64,000 nucleotides of DNA from Dendrobates tinctorius (Eukaryota), in contig NW_027361988.1 of assembly GCF_039654945.1 (NCBI RefSeq), forward strand, positions 1,240,001 through 1,304,000. Direction: 5' to 3'. Shown here one piece after another: positions 1-13,299 of the stretch (its first letter is position 1; every line of letters starts with the position of its first letter). The notes beneath the pieces were generated by a model. The model was not told the DNA's origin. It was given only the letters and a program-made list of their open reading frames with translations, and did no database searches. The position numbers were made by a program, and so were the translations under genes.

Positions 1-360
1 CCCGTCCGCCACGCACCAGCTCCGGCTCCGCCCCCGTCCGCCACGCACCAGCTCCAGCTCCGCCCCCATCCGCCACACACCAGCTCCGGCTCCGCCCTCA
101 TCCGCCACGCACCAGCTCTGCCCCCGCCCGCCACGCACCAGCTCCGCCTCTGCCCCCGTCCGCCACGCACCAGCTCCGGCTCCGCCACGCACCAGCTCCG
201 GCTCTGCCCCCGTCCGCCACGCACCAGCTCCGCCCCCGTCCGCCACGCACCAGCTCCGGCTCTGCCCCCGTCCGCCACGCACCAGCTCCGGCTCTGCCCC
301 CGTCCGCCACGCACCAGCTCCGGCTCTGCCCCCGTCCGCCACCCTCCAGCTCCGGCTCTG
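1..360. repeat. GC-rich minisatellite, ~32-bp unit (ccgtccgccacgcaccagctccggctctgccc), runs off the window edge
   Basis: About 11 imperfect tandem copies are directly visible. Confidence 0.95.
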
Positions 361-391
361 CTCCCCCACACTCTCTCCCCCCTCCACACAC

Positions 392-612
392 CGTCTCCCT
401 TCTGTCCTCTGCGGGGTGTCGGCCGCTCCATCCTGTGCTGCGCGCTCTCCACACTGCTCTCCTGTCGCTCCACAAGATCGATGATCTGTGATACCGGAGG
501 TGAGCCGCTTCTACTTCCGGTTACAGCTGTTAAAAAAAAAGGTAGAGGCTAAATCCAAGTCGGCTTGGAGTTGTGCTGACGTCATGCCCATGTGACCAGA
601 AGGGGCGGGGCC
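392..612 (-). promoter_or_regulatory. CpG-rich promoter and candidate first exon of an unidentified minus-strand gene
   Basis: GC box 602-610, CRE TGACGTCA 577-584, ETS CCGGAAGT 513-520. An ATG at 431 reads MERPTPRRGQKGD, followed by a possible donor (GACG|gtgtgt) after 392. A homologous segment lies inverted at 46709-46777. Confidence 0.4.
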
Positions 613-689
613 TCCTCCTCCATAGAGCAGAGCAGCAGACAGGAACCTGCCGGTGTCATGGCAGGTAAGTGGATGTTCATGCACGAGCT

Positions 690-2165
690 GGGAGGGGGTG
701 ATGTTGCTTGCATGGGGCTGCATGCTGGAGGGGGTTCTGCCTGGGGAGAAAGAGGTGATATTGTTTGCATGGGGCTGCGTGTGCTTGCTGAAGGGGGGGT
801 CCGCCTCGGGAGAAGGGGGTGATGCTTGCATGGGGCTGCATGTGCATGCTTGAGGGGGTCTGCCTGGTGAGAAGGGGGTGATGTTGCTGGAGGACGGTTC
901 TGCCTGGGGAGAAGGGGGTGATGTTGCTTGCATGGGGCTGCGTGCGCATGCTGGAGGGGGGTCTGCCTGGGGAGAAGGGGGTGATGTTGCTTGCATGGGG
1001 CTGCGTGCGCATGCTGGAGGGGGGTCTGCCTGGGGAGAAGGAGGTGATGTTGCCTGCATGGAGCTGCGTGTGCTTGCTGAAGGGGGGGTCCGCCTCGGGA
1101 GAAGGGGGTGATGTTTGCATGGGGCTGCATGTGCATGCTTGAGGGGGTCTGCCTGGTGAGAAGGGGGTGATGTTGCTGGAGGACGGTTCTGCCTGGGGAG
1201 AAGGGGGTGATGTTGCTTGCATGGGGCTGCGTGCGCATGCTGGAGGGGGGTCTGCCTGGGGAGAAGGGGGTGATGTTGCTTGCATGGGGCTGCGTGCGCA
1301 TGCTGGAGGGGGGGTCTGCCTGGGGAGAAGGGGGTGATGTTGCTTGCATGGGGCTGCGTGCGCATGCTGGAGGAGGGTCTGCCTGGGGAGAAGGGGGTGA
1401 TGTTGCTTTCATGGGGCTGCATGTGCATGCTGGAGGGGGGTCTGCATGTGCATGCTGGAGGGGGGGTCTGCCTGGGGAGGTGGTGATGTTGCTTGCATGG
1501 GGCTGGATGCTGGAGGGGGGGTCTGCCTGGGGAGAAGGGGGTGATGTTGCTTGCATGGGGCTGCATGCGCATGCTGGAGGGGGGGTATGCCTGGGGAGAA
1601 GGGGGTGATGTTGCTTGCATGGAGCTGCGTGTGCATGCTGAAGGGGGGGGGTCCGCCTCGGGAGAAGGGGGTAATGTTGCTTGCATGGGGCTGCATGTTC
1701 ATGCTGGAGAGGGAGGTCTGCCTGGGGTGAAGGGGGTGATGTTGGTTGCATGGGGGTGAATGCTGGAGGGGGGTCTGCCTGGGGAGCAGGGGGTGATGCT
1801 TGCATGGGGCTGCATGTGCATGCTTGAGGGGGTCTGCCTGGTGAGAAGGGGGTGAAGTTGCTGGAGGACGGTTCTGCCTGGGGAGAAGGGGGTGATGTTG
1901 CTTGCATGGGGCTGCATTCTGGAGGTGGGTCTGCCTGGGGAGAAGGGGTTGATGTTGGTTGCATGGGGCTGCATGTGCATGCTGGAGGGGGGGGGTCTGC
2001 CTGGGGAGGTGGTGATGTTGCTTGCATGGGGCTGGATGCTGGAGGGGGGGGTCTGCCTGGGGAGAAGGGGGTGATGTTGCTTGCATGGGGCTGCATGCGC
2101 ATGCTGGAGGGGGGTCTACCTGGGGAGAAGGGGGTAATATTGCTTGCATGGGACTGCGTGCTAGG
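690..2165. repeat. G-rich minisatellite, ~45-60-bp variable unit (ggggagaagggggtgatgttgcttgcatggggctgc...ctgcct)
   Basis: Tandem copies with higher-order duplication. The overlapping Pro/His-rich ORFs are repeat translations. Confidence 0.95.
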
Positions 2166-2214
2166 AGTCTACCTAGGGAAGGAAGTGCGCTGCCCCTCTC
2201 CCTGCCGGGGGCGC

Positions 2215-2685
2215 TGTCACTGTAACCAAGGTCGCACCTTTAAAAGATTCTGTAATGCTGTAGATAAGCCCCGGATGTAACCTGAAAGATATGAAAAACA
2301 AGTTATATTATACTCACCGGGGGCGGTTAGTGTCGCTGTCCAGTCCGGGTCCTCCCATCTTCATGTGATGACGTTCCCCTTCTTCCCCCTGTTGAGGGCA
2401 GAGTAAATTACTGCAGTGCGCTGGGAAAGGTCAGAGAGGGCCTGCGCTGCTGCAGAAGGAAGAAGGAGGACGGCATCACATGAAGATAGGAGGACCCGGA
2501 CCGAACCGCAACACCCATCGGACCGGATCCCGGGGTGAGTATAATCTGACTCTTTTTTTCTTATCTTTCAGGTTACATCCGGGGCTCATCTACAGCATTA
2601 CAGAATGCATTACAGAATGTTGTAGATAAGCCCCTGATGGCGGTGGCCGCAGCTTATTGGCCAAAAATGGGAGCACAGATTCCCT
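2215..2685. mobile_element. Palindromic non-autonomous DNA transposon (T2/Kolobok-like MITE), left end decayed
   Basis: Inverted arms at ~2248-2290 and ~2562-2606. The right end is cagattccct followed by TTAA (2686-2689). Confidence 0.6.
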
Positions 2686-3305
2686 TTAAAGCTAGGGCCC
2701 CCCTGTTTTGGTAACTGTGACGTGGTAGTGGGCTTCATACAGGCTTATCAGAATGTAAAGTAATAACCTCATGTTCAGTTTGTACATTGTTGCTGATGGG
2801 CATTAGATCACGGTGTGAATATTGGGAGGGGCGGCCATGGCTTTTTGTACAATTTAGGCAGGATTTTTCTTACATAAATTTCTTTGTTTTCTTCTAGGTG
2901 TTGTGGGTTTCCTCTGTCTTTTTTCACCATGCCCTCCACAGTAGTGACCTCTTTGGATGGCAATTCATCATTTGCCATATCTCCACCAAGTGGAGTGCTG
3001 GTGCCTCCACCATCCGTGTTCTGCCAAAATTGGTGTGACCCAGCACCCCTCCGATGTCAGATAGATGAGTCTAAGATCTCCGAAGTTCCCGTCCCCTCTT
3101 TCCACTTCTCGTGGCTTGCTAGGGTTGGTCCTGTGGGGGTCTACCACCTTTTCATTTCCTTTGTCCAATATTTATTTCTCACCTTTACCTTATCTGCTGT
3201 ACGTACTGTCATGCTTCTCTCTATTTTTTCGGGGCTTTGTTTCATGGGTTTTTTTGGGGTCATCCTAGGACTTGTTATATATGGCACAGGGCCCACCTAG
3301 GTCCC

Positions 3306-4197
3306 TGATAAAATTTGGTCACCAAGGAGGATAGCAGGCCCAGGCTAAGCCACAGAAAACCAGAGAGGTTGGTAACTTAGCGGATGCAAACCCCTGATCC
3401 TGTCCACACAACTAGCAGTAGCCGTGGAGCATACCTACGATGATCCTAGACGCCTCGGCACAGCCGGAGAGCTAACTAAGCCTAACGCAAGAAAGGGGAA
3501 ATCTAAACTGCCCCAGAGAAGACCTCAAAGGAATAGCTAGCCCCCAAACATATACTGTCGGTGAGACAAGATGAAAACACAAACGCAGGCAGAAAAATAG
3601 ACTGAGCAAACGATGGGGCCCACACTGACCAGACAGGACAGGAAAGGAAAGACACTGTCTGCAATCACGCAAAAAACCCTGCAAAAATCCAACACGTCTG
3701 ATGCACAAAAACACTGAAGTCGCACAACGTCGCCCCCACTAGATCAGCACTCTGGTATATTCTGAAAGCAAAGCAAAAAGAGACCAATATAAAAGGGGAC
3801 AAAACAAAAGGGCACGTGCAGTAACATATGGGCGGTGATACAGCCCCAGGCAGAGCTAGCTGACCCGCATAAAGCAGAGATAAACAAAACCAGATCAAAT
3901 GCAAACAGAATAGCAAATGAACCACTTAGCTGAACATGCAGGGAAAGAGCAGGAGACATCAGACCTCAGGAGGCACAGGAAGAAAATCACCAGCAGGGAT
4001 AGAGGGAGTCAGCTGTCTTAAATCCTAATCAGAAACCCCAGATCTCCAATCGTCTTCCTCATTATCAGGTGGCAAGCCTCTGTCAATCAGATCAGCTCCA
4101 CTACCTCCAATAACCACCAGAGGGAGCCCAGAAAGAGAACTCTCAATCTGACCCGCTCCACTATCTTCAGTAATCACCAGAGAGAGAATTCACAACA
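3306..4197 (-). repeat. 3' LTR of gypsy copy 1
   Basis: Homologous to 8331-9075 and 16095-16997. Ends in cacaaca next to the PPT complement gtacccccccctt. Confidence 0.9.
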
Positions 4198-4219
4198 GTA
4201 CCCCCCCCTTGAGGAGGAG

Positions 4220-7200
4220 TCACCGAACCCTCAACCATGCCACCAGGCCGGTAAGGATGGGCCCGGTGAAAAGCACGAACCAATCTTTCGGCATGAATGT
4301 CAGAAGCAGAGACCCAAGAATTATCCTCCTGGCCATAACCCTTCCATTTGACCAGGTACTGGAGTCTCCGTCTAGCAAACGAGAATCCAATATTTTCTCT
4401 ACCTCATACTCCAAATTACCTTTAACCAATACAGGGTCAGGAGGTGCCTCCATTGGAACTACTGGCTCTACAAACCTTTTCAACAAGGATTTATGGAACA
4501 CGTTATGAATCTTAAACGTAACTGGAAGAGCCAAACGGGATTAAGGATTTCCAAAATCTTATAAGGTCCAATGAATCTTGATTTGAATTTTGGAGACGCA
4601 ACCTTCATAGGAATATTCTTTGAAGACAACCAAACCATATCACCCACTTTAAACCTGGGACCAATGGTCCTATGCCGGTTGGAAAACTGTTGGCATTTTT
4701 CTTGAGAGTGGGACAACTTATCCACCACTTGGTCCAAAATCTGCTGCATTCTCTCTACCACAGAATCCACACTTGGCCGAAGATTCCACCTGCCCTGAAG
4801 AAAATCGAGGATGAAACCCAAAGTTACAGAAAAAGGGCGACATCAAAGTGGCAGAACTAGCCCTATTGTTTAGCGCAAATTTGGCCAAGGGCAAAACTGA
4901 GACCCAGTCATCCTGATCAGCAGATAGGAAACATCTCAAATAGGATTCTAAAGTCTGGTTTGTTCTCTCAGTTTGCCCATTGGTCTGAGGATAAAATGCA
5001 GAGGAGAAAGATAACTGAATTCCCAGTTTGGAACAAAAAGCTCTCCAAAATCTGGAAACAAACTGGACTCCTCTGTCCGACACAATGTTCTCAGAAATCC
5101 CGTGCAACCAAACCCACCTGTTGTAAAAACAAGGGCACCAACTCAGAAGAAGATGGCAACTTTGGGAGTGGTACAAGATGGACCATCTTAGAAAATCTAT
5201 CACAGATGACCCAGATAACAGTCATTCTCTGAGAGACAGGAAGATTAGAAATAAAATCCATTGAGGTATGAGTCCATGGCCTCCTGGGCACCGGCAGGGG
5301 CATCAACAACCCACTAGAACGAGAACAGGGCTTGGACCGAGAACTAGTCCCACAGGACTGCACAAAAATTCCTGACATCACGAGATAAGGCAGGTCACCA
5401 AAAAGACCGACTCACCAAATCTCTGGTACCAAAAATACCTGGATGACCAGCCAATGCGGAGAAATGAATTTCAGACATTACGCTTTTCCTCCACAGGTCA
5501 GGAACATACAATTTCCCCATAGAGCAACGTTCAGGTTTGTCCTCCTGAAATTCCTCCAGGGCACGTCTCAAATCGGGTGAGATGGCGGAAAGAACTACAC
5601 CCTCATTTAGAATGGTAGTAGGCTTGGTCACATCAAAAGAATCTGCAAAGAAACTCCTAGAAAGGTCGTCCGCCTTAACATTCATAGTGCCTGGAAGAAA
5701 AGAGACCACAAAATTAAACCGCGTGAAAAACAAGGCCCACCTAGCCTGTCTAGGATTCAAGTGTTTGGCTGATTCAAGATAAATCAAATTCTTGTGGTCA
5801 GTGAGGACCACAACTTGATGTCTCGCTCCCTCCACCCAATGTCTCCACTCTTGAAATGCCCATTTCATGGCCAACAATTCCCGATTCCCCACGTCATAGT
5901 TATGTTCAGATGGGGAGAATTTTTGAGAAAAGAAGGCACAGGGATTCATCTTAGAACTCACCGGATCTCTTTGGGACAAAACGGCTCCTGCACCAATCTC
6001 AGAAGCATCTACCTCCACCTGAAATGGGAGTGAGGCATCAGGTTGCCGTAGAACCGGAGCCGAAGTGAATCTCCGCTTAAGCTTCTGAAATGCCAAAACT
6101 GCCTCTGTAGACCAATTCACCACATCAGCGCCCTTTTTGGTCAAATCAGTCAGTGGTTTAACAATACCAGAAAAAATACTTATAAATTTACGGTAGAAAT
6201 TAGCAAAACCCAAAAACTTCAGGAGAGTCTTCAAAGAAGTAGGCTGAACCCAATCATAAATGGCCTGTATCTTGGCCGGGTCCATTTCAATAGCCGACGG
6301 GTACAAAATGAATCCCAAAAATGAAATCCTCTGTACACCAAAGAGGCACTTCGATCCCTTAACATACAGAGAATTTTCCCTCAAAACCGGAACACCATCA
6401 GGTCATGTTCCACATGAGAATCCCAATCACTGGAAAAGATCAAAATATCATCCAGACAAATGATCAAAAACTTATCCACAAGGTCCCGGAATATATCGTT
6501 CATAAAAGACTGGAAGACAGAAGTGGCATTAGCCTAAAAGCATCACCAGGTACTCAAAATGTCCCTCCTGAGTATTAAATGCTGTCTTCCATTCATCCCC
6601 ATGTTTTATGCGAATAAGATTATACGCCCCCCTGAGGTCAAGCTTGGCAAACCAACAGGCACTTTAACTCTGGAAAATAAATCAGAAATCAGGGGTAACG
6701 GGTACTGATATTTAACAGTGATTTTGTTAAGGGAACGATAGTCCATACATGGCCTTAGTGAACCATCTTTCTTGGCCACAAAAAAAAGCCAGCACCTAAA
6801 GGTGAAGAGGATGGTCTAATATGACCATTCTCCAATGACTCCTTGATATAGGATCGCATAGCATCATGTTCGGGTACCGATAAGTTGAAAAGCCGACCTT
6901 TGGGAAATTTACGCCCGGGCATTAACTCAATTGCACAGTCATAACTCCTGTGAGGAGGCAAACACGCAGACTTACTCTCACTGAATACATCAGAAAAATC
7001 AGCCAAATAGGAATATCATGAGACTGGGGAGAGCTGGAGAAAACAGGAGTGTCACTAAGAACACATTGACAACCCCAACTCACCACAGACACAGATTTCC
7101 AATGTAAAACAGGATTATGAGTTTGCAACCAAGGGAAACCCAGAACAATAGTATCATGCAAATTGTGCAACACCAAAAATTTACAATTTTCTTGGTGGTC

Positions 7201-8223
7201 TGGGACGACTCACATTATCACCTGGGTCCAAAACTGGGGTTTATTCTCCGCCAAAGGAGTAGCATCAATACCCCTCAAAGGGATAGGAGTCCACAGGGGT
7301 ATCATGGGAAAACCACAACGTTTAGCAAAGTCTAAATCCAGCAGATTCAAAGCTGCTCCTGAATCTACAAAAGCCTTAGCGGAAAATGTAGACAAGGAGC
7401 AGATCAGGGTAATCGCCAAAAGGAACTTAGGTTGTACACTGCCTACCACAAATGTGTGAGCAAAACGCTTTTCTCGTTTAGGGCAGACAGCAATAGTACG
7501 AGAGGCGTCCCCGCAGAAAAAACACAACTTATTACGCCTTCTAAACTCCTGACATTGCGCCCTAGACAAAACCCTATCACATTGCATGGGTTCAGAAGTT
7601 CGTTCGAAAGGCGGCAACGCCTCTCGTGTAGTTTTACGCTCACGTAAACGTCGATCAATTTGAATGGCCAATGACATGGAGTTAAGACCAGAGGGGACAG
7701 GAAATCCCACCATAACATATTTTATGGTTTCTGCCCAACCCTTCCGAAAGAGAGCCGCTAGGGCATCGTCATTCCATTTAGTAAGGACCGCCCACTTTCA
7801 GAATTTTTGACAATATAACTCTGCAGAATCCTGACCCTGGTTCAATGCCAATAAGGTTTTCTCAGCTTGATCAACAGCATTAGGTTCATCATACAACAAC
7901 TCCAAGGCTTGAAAAAACGTATCCACATTAGCCAGAATAGGATCTCCAGGTGTCAGAGAAAAAGCCCAATCCTAGGGATCGCCGCGCAGCAGGGAGATGA
8001 CAATTTTAACCTGCTGCACCGAGCTCCCCGAGGAGTTAGGCTTCAAGGCAAGAAATAATTTACAATTATTCTTAAAATTCAGAAATTTAGACCGATCCCC
8101 AGAAAACACATCAGGAGTAGGGATTTTTGGTTCAACAGCAGAAGATTGAGCGAGATAGGCAGAAATTCCCCACACTTCAGCAGCGAGCTGCTCAACACGA
8201 TAGGACAATTGCTTAGTCTCCAT
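4220..8223 (-). pseudogene. gag-pol of gypsy copy 1, broken by multiple frameshifts and stops
   Basis: ORF fragments 7972-8223, 7210-7713, 6755-7176, 5395-6384, 5091-5381, 4718-5203, 4480-4821 and 4220-4534 fall in gag-PR-RT-RH-IN-CHD order. Confidence 0.93.
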
Positions 8224-8330
8224 TTAGACAAAAAATATCCTCCTACGGCCCCAGAAAAAAAAGGAAAAAATATATGGAAAAAAAATTGACACTTAGAGTA
8301 CCCTAGAGTCTACAGTTAGGCTGGTGATTC

Positions 8331-9075
8331 TGTTATGAATGGGTCACCGAGGAGGATAGCAGGCCCAGGCTAAGCCACAGAAAACCAGAGAGGTTGGTAA
8401 CTAAGCGGATTGCAGACCCCTGATCCTATCCACACAACTAGCAGTAGCCATGGAGCATGCCTACGATGATCCTAGACGCCTCGGCACAGCCGGAGAGCTA
8501 ACTAAGCCTAAAGAAAGAAAGGGGAAATCTAAACTGCCCTGGAGCAGACCCCAAAGGAATAGCTAGCCCCCAAACATATATTGTTGATGAAAACACAAAC
8601 GCAGGCAGAAAAATAGACTGTGCAACGATGGGGCCCACTGTTATGAATGAGTCACCGAGGAGGAAGAAACAAAAAGCAAGCTAAGCCCAGAAAACCGGAG
8701 AGGTTGGTAACTAGCGGATTGCAGACCCCTGATCCTATCCACACAACTAGCAGTAGCCGTGGAGCGTGCCTACGGTGGTCCTAGACGCCTCATCATAGCC
8801 GGAGAACTAAATAAGCCTAAAGAAAGAAAGGGAAAATCTAAACTGCCCCAGAGCAGACCCCAAAGCAATAGACAGCCCCCAACATGTATTGACGGTGAAA
8901 CAAGATGAAAGCACAAACATCAGGTGACAAGCCTCTGTCAATCAGATCAGCTCCACTACCTCCAGTAACCACCAGAGGGAGTCCAGAAAGAGAACTCGCA
9001 ACCCCTTTGTCAATCTGACCAGCTCCACTATCTTCAGTAATCACCAGAGGGAAGCCAGAGAGAGAATTCACAACA
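8331..9075 (-). repeat. Composite 5' LTR of gypsy copy 1 (partial LTR 8331-8638 plus internally deleted LTR 8639-9075)
   Basis: The LTR terminus tgttatgaat occurs twice (8331, 8639). The central LTR part present at ~3620-4060 is missing. Confidence 0.85.
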
Positions 9076-9760
9076 GGTCCTCTTCCCTTTACCCATGCTC
9101 GTGTCCTATAGTGGATTCAATGAGAGAGGAATTTTGTGTTAAGTACCTCAATACATTTTTTGCAGCTAAAGAACAGGGGACTTTGGTACAAAATGTTTTT
9201 TTTTTTCTCATTAATCTCTAATGTGCCTTAACCCCTTTCCTACATTAGATGTACTATTCCGTCCATCTGACCTGGGACCTACAGTAAGTCCCAAGGATGG
9301 AATAGTAAATCTAATGCGATCAGCAGCACTCACTGGGGGAGCGCCGCTTATGGCAGCCGGGTGTCAGCTGATTATCACAGCTGACACTCTGCACTGTGTC
9401 AGGGGTGGTCACGGACCGCCCCTGGCACATTAACCCCTGGCACACTGCGATTAAACATGATCGCAGTGTACTGGGACATTGGAGAGAAGCATGCAGGGAG
9501 AGGGTTCCATCCGTGCTTCCCTGATACCCCCGGAGCGATGCGATGTGCTGTGTCGCTCCGAGGGTCCTCCTCCCTGCAGGCCTCCAGATCCGATATGGCC
9601 GCGGGGGCCTGCAGGGAGGCGGCTTCCTCAGTGCCTGCAGAGTGCAGGCACGGAGGAAGCCAGCAGTGCCTGTCAGATTGCTGATCTGACAGTGCTGTGC
9701 AACCTGTCAGATCAGCGATCAGACACATGACAGTGATGTCCCCCCCTGGGACAATGTAAT

Positions 9761-9792
<32 letters not shown>

Positions 9793-10464
9793 GTGTAAAA
9801 TTAATTTATAAAAAAAAAAATCCCTAATTCATTTTTTGGAAAAAAAAAGCAATAAAAATACACACATTTAGTATCGCTGCATCCGTAACGACCCGCCCTA
9901 TAAAACTGTCCCACTAGTTAACAGGGTGGATTGATTTAAATCACGCCGATTTAAATCATGATTTAAATCACGATTTAAATCAAAAGATTTTTTTCTATTT
10001 AAATCGGATCGATTTAAATCATGATTTTAATCATGATTTAAATCAAAAGGTTTTTTTTTAATATAAATCACGATTAAAATGAGAAGTGAGAGCAGTGTGC
10101 ATGTGCGCCCATAGTTACACGGACGAAACTAGGGGCAACGATCTAACGCCAGGGTGAGGGGGGGACCCCAAAGTAAGTAAAAATCTTTTTTGTTTTACTA
10201 TATGGCAATAGGTAGGTGTTTAAAAGCAGCATGTCTTAATTGTATAAACTATTAATAGCCTCCACATTTTGTTCATACTGCCCCTTTAATTCCACACTTC
10301 TAGCTTGGTTTCAGTTTTGGTTTAGTTTCTTTTTCCCTGCATTCAGTTGACGTGCCCAAACTTGTTGGATAGTCAGCAGTACTTGGCTCAGGCTGTAGTA
10401 ACATCAGCAGTGCTTGGCTCAGGCTGTAGTAACAATCAAACTTCATAAGTGATCTGTGTGAGCC

Positions 10465-12990
10465 ATGGCAGCAGGTCGTAAGAGAGACCCTATTTGGGTT
10501 CATTTTGTTGAGATGCCAGCAGCAGATCTTGGAAAGAAAGGTGCAAGAGCAAAGTGCAAATACTGTCAAAAGGATATCCAAGGACTTGTTTGCCGTTTGA
10601 AATCACATTATGAAAACTGCAACCAGAAGGGAAATGAAGATGTTGATAGTGATACAACTAATGTCAATGAACCCCCACAGCTTCTTATGCACCAGGAGCC
10701 TAGTACTAGTGGTAAGTCTGGCAATTAATTTACAACCTATTTTTTTAACAGACATTTTACTGGGATGGTTAAAGGCTATGAAAAGAAAAATTTCTAGCAC
10801 TGGTAGTTCTGGAGTATAGAATTTAAATTTATGTTAAGGCAATATTTCACAGAAAATTAACGCTAAAGGACATGTGCACCTTTATTTTTTTAAGGTGCAC
10901 ATGTCCTCCCCCCGCAGCGCTCTTACCTCCGTGGCTTCGTTTTGACCGTCCGCCTCCCGTCCTCCGGTTGCGGCCTACTCGCAGTGATCCAGCAGCGTGA
11001 CGTCAGCGGGCCGCACGCTCCATTGAAATGAATGGAGGCGCGCTCGCGGACGGGCAGAACGAAGCCACGGATCCCCGCAGCGCTGACATCGGAGGTAAGA
11101 GAGCTGCGGGGGGAGGACATGTGCACACTGTGACTGGCTGCACCTTAAAAAATAAAGGTGCACATGTCCTTTAAGTAAAAATAAAGTGTGTATACGCTTA
11201 TTTTTTTTTTATTGTAGGCTGCAATTCACTTTTGAAGTCTGCCAAATTGACCATTTTAAAAAAAAAACATTTTTAAAACTTTTGTGACATAATTTTTTTC
11301 AGTTGCTGAGGCTCTGATATTAGTTACCAGTATTACAGCAACCTCACCGGAAAACTTGAGTAGCATAACTTTTGAGACAGCCCTTATAGGACGAGGACCA
11401 TTACATTGTTCAAAAAGTTTGTTTCAATATTTTCGTTATATTTCTTCAAATACGCAGTCGATTTATATTTTTAATTTCTGTGCTTTCAGGGTCAAATATG
11501 GCTTGTGCTGCACGTGACAATCAATATCTGGGTACAACTTCAAGAAAGCAGCCCAAAAAAAAACTTTGCGTGCAAAGTGTAGAAAAATTCATCTTAAAGA
11601 CTACGACGAGCCAGAAAGAACATTTTGATGAATTAATTGCTAAATTCATATTTGCAACCAATTCTTCTTTCCGACTAGTTGAGCACCCATTGTTTGTACA
11701 AATGATCGAAGGAATTAGACCAGGCTACAAACCACCAAGTAGATTTGATATCTCAGGAAAACATCTTCAGGCTGTATACGACATAGAAAGAGCGGCTTGT
11801 ACAAAATATTTGAAAGACAAGGTTGTTAACATGAGCTTGGATGGTTGGAGCAACATCCACAACGACCCCATAATTTGCACTTGTGTCACAACAGAAGATG
11901 GTGAAACTTACCTTACAGACACAATCGACACATCTGGAAATTCACATACTGCTGAATATTTACTTGAAATTGCTAAGAACTCAATTCACCAATGCCAAGA
12001 ACAGTTTGGATGTAAAGTAAGGAGCTTAGTTACTGATAACGCAAGCAATGTGGCAAAAATGCGAGCGGAACTGGCACAGGATGACACAAATGTCATTACA
12101 TACGGTTGTTCTGCCCATTTGTTGCATCTTTTGGCAAAAGACCTGCATATTTTGGGTGTCAAGGAACATGTTGTAGAAATTGTTAAATATTTCCGCAATA
12201 ATCATTTTGCGCATGCAACCTACAAGGAAATGGGAGGACTGAAGTTGGTTCTACCACAAGATGTTAGATGGAATACCTTGGCTGACTGCTTGGAACTGTT
12301 TATTAACAACTGGTCAAAATTACTGTCCATTTGCGAAACACATCGGGATAAAATTGATGCTAATATACGAAGCAAAGTATTAAATCTTGGTGTGAAGAGA
12401 AATGCCGAGGACCTTTTGGAAAGGTTAAAGCCAATATCGATTGCGTTGGATAAAATGCAGAAAGATACTGCAACCATAGCTGATGCCACAGAAGTTTGGA
12501 AAGATTTAGAAGGTTCTCTAGATCTCTTGAACCTCTCAAACAATGTAAAGGTTGCAATACAGCACCGCAAGGACCAAGCATTAAAAGAAGAACACTATTT
12601 AGCCAATATCTTGCATCCCATCTACAGAGGGAAAAATTATCTGAGGCGGAAATCAACTCTGCAATGGAGTGGCTCGCCAATACTAACCATGACATTGTGG
12701 CAACTGTGCTGAAATTGAAGTGTGAATCTGCACCATTTCAAAAATACATGTTTGCAGATAACGTCGTTAATGAACTAAAACCACTGGACTGGTGGAAGTC
12801 GCAATCACTTGTTCTTCCAGCAAAGATAATAAATCTAGCTACTCAGCTACTGACTGCATCGGCTTCATCCGCAGGAGTAGAGAGATTGTTTTCTTCATTT
12901 GGTTTTGTGCACACAACAGTCCGAAACCGCTTAGGAACTGCTAAAGCAGGACAACTGGTTTTCCTATTAAAAGTCCTAAATAAACAGTAG
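10465..12990 (+). pseudogene. Spliced hAT transposase (exon 10465-10711, exon 11490-12990) with one frameshift near 12632
   Basis: The BED exon (IWVHF..CKYC..H..C) ends G|gtaagt. The acceptor tttcag| at 11489 is in matching phase 1. Motifs SLDGWS, VTDNA, CSAH, VRWNT and C-terminal dimerisation motif DWW..SSAGVERLFS. The frameshift lies in an A-run. Confidence 0.88.
10867..11170. mobile_element. T2/Kolobok-type MITE inserted in the hAT intron
   Basis: TIR aggacatgtgcacctttattttt / aaaaataaaggtgcacatgtcct, flanked by CTAA/TTAA. Confidence 0.85.
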
Positions 12991-13299
12991 GCTTAAAGGA
13001 CTGATGTATTCACTGAAGATGTTTGCTTACTTCAAACGTTAGAGATAGGCTATTGTTAAAAAGTACTTACTCTCTGTAGTTCAATTCTGAGTGTTTAATA
13101 GTGCAAATAAAAATTATTAGGTTTCATAATCAACTGTTTTAATATTTTTATTTGTGTAAAACAATTAGATTTGCAAAAAGACAAAGTTTTGCTTGTGTAC
13201 AACTTGATTTAAAAATCTGATTTAAATCAAATGATTTAAATCAAAAAAATCTGATTTTTTTGATTTTTTTTAAAAAAATCAAGATTTTTATCCACCCTG

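Larger units (their letters stand above)
3306..9075 (-). mobile_element. Ty3/gypsy chromovirus (Tf1/sushi-like) LTR retrotransposon, copy 1, full length but decayed
   Basis: LTRs 3306-4197 and 8331-9075 (TG...CA). PPT next to 4198. Gag CCHC-type knuckle (CFFCGDASRTIAVC, His lost), protease VDSGA, RT, RNase H (EVDAS, DHKNL), integrase and chromodomain ([10 protein letters not shown]). Near-matching flanks gtccc/ggtcc. Confidence 0.95.
9922..13299 (+). mobile_element. hAT DNA transposon, near full length
   Basis: TIR CAGGGTGGAT / ATCCACCCTG, subterminal GATTTAAATC arrays, BED finger plus transposase. The 8-bp flanks do not match (ctagttaa vs gatggcag). Confidence 0.95.

Noticed and set aside
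511-2149. Pro/Gln/His-rich ORFs
   Set aside because: Minisatellite translations in overlapping frames.
2700-3300. Possible LINE or host-exon fragment
   Set aside because: No recognisable motif in any frame, so left unannotated.
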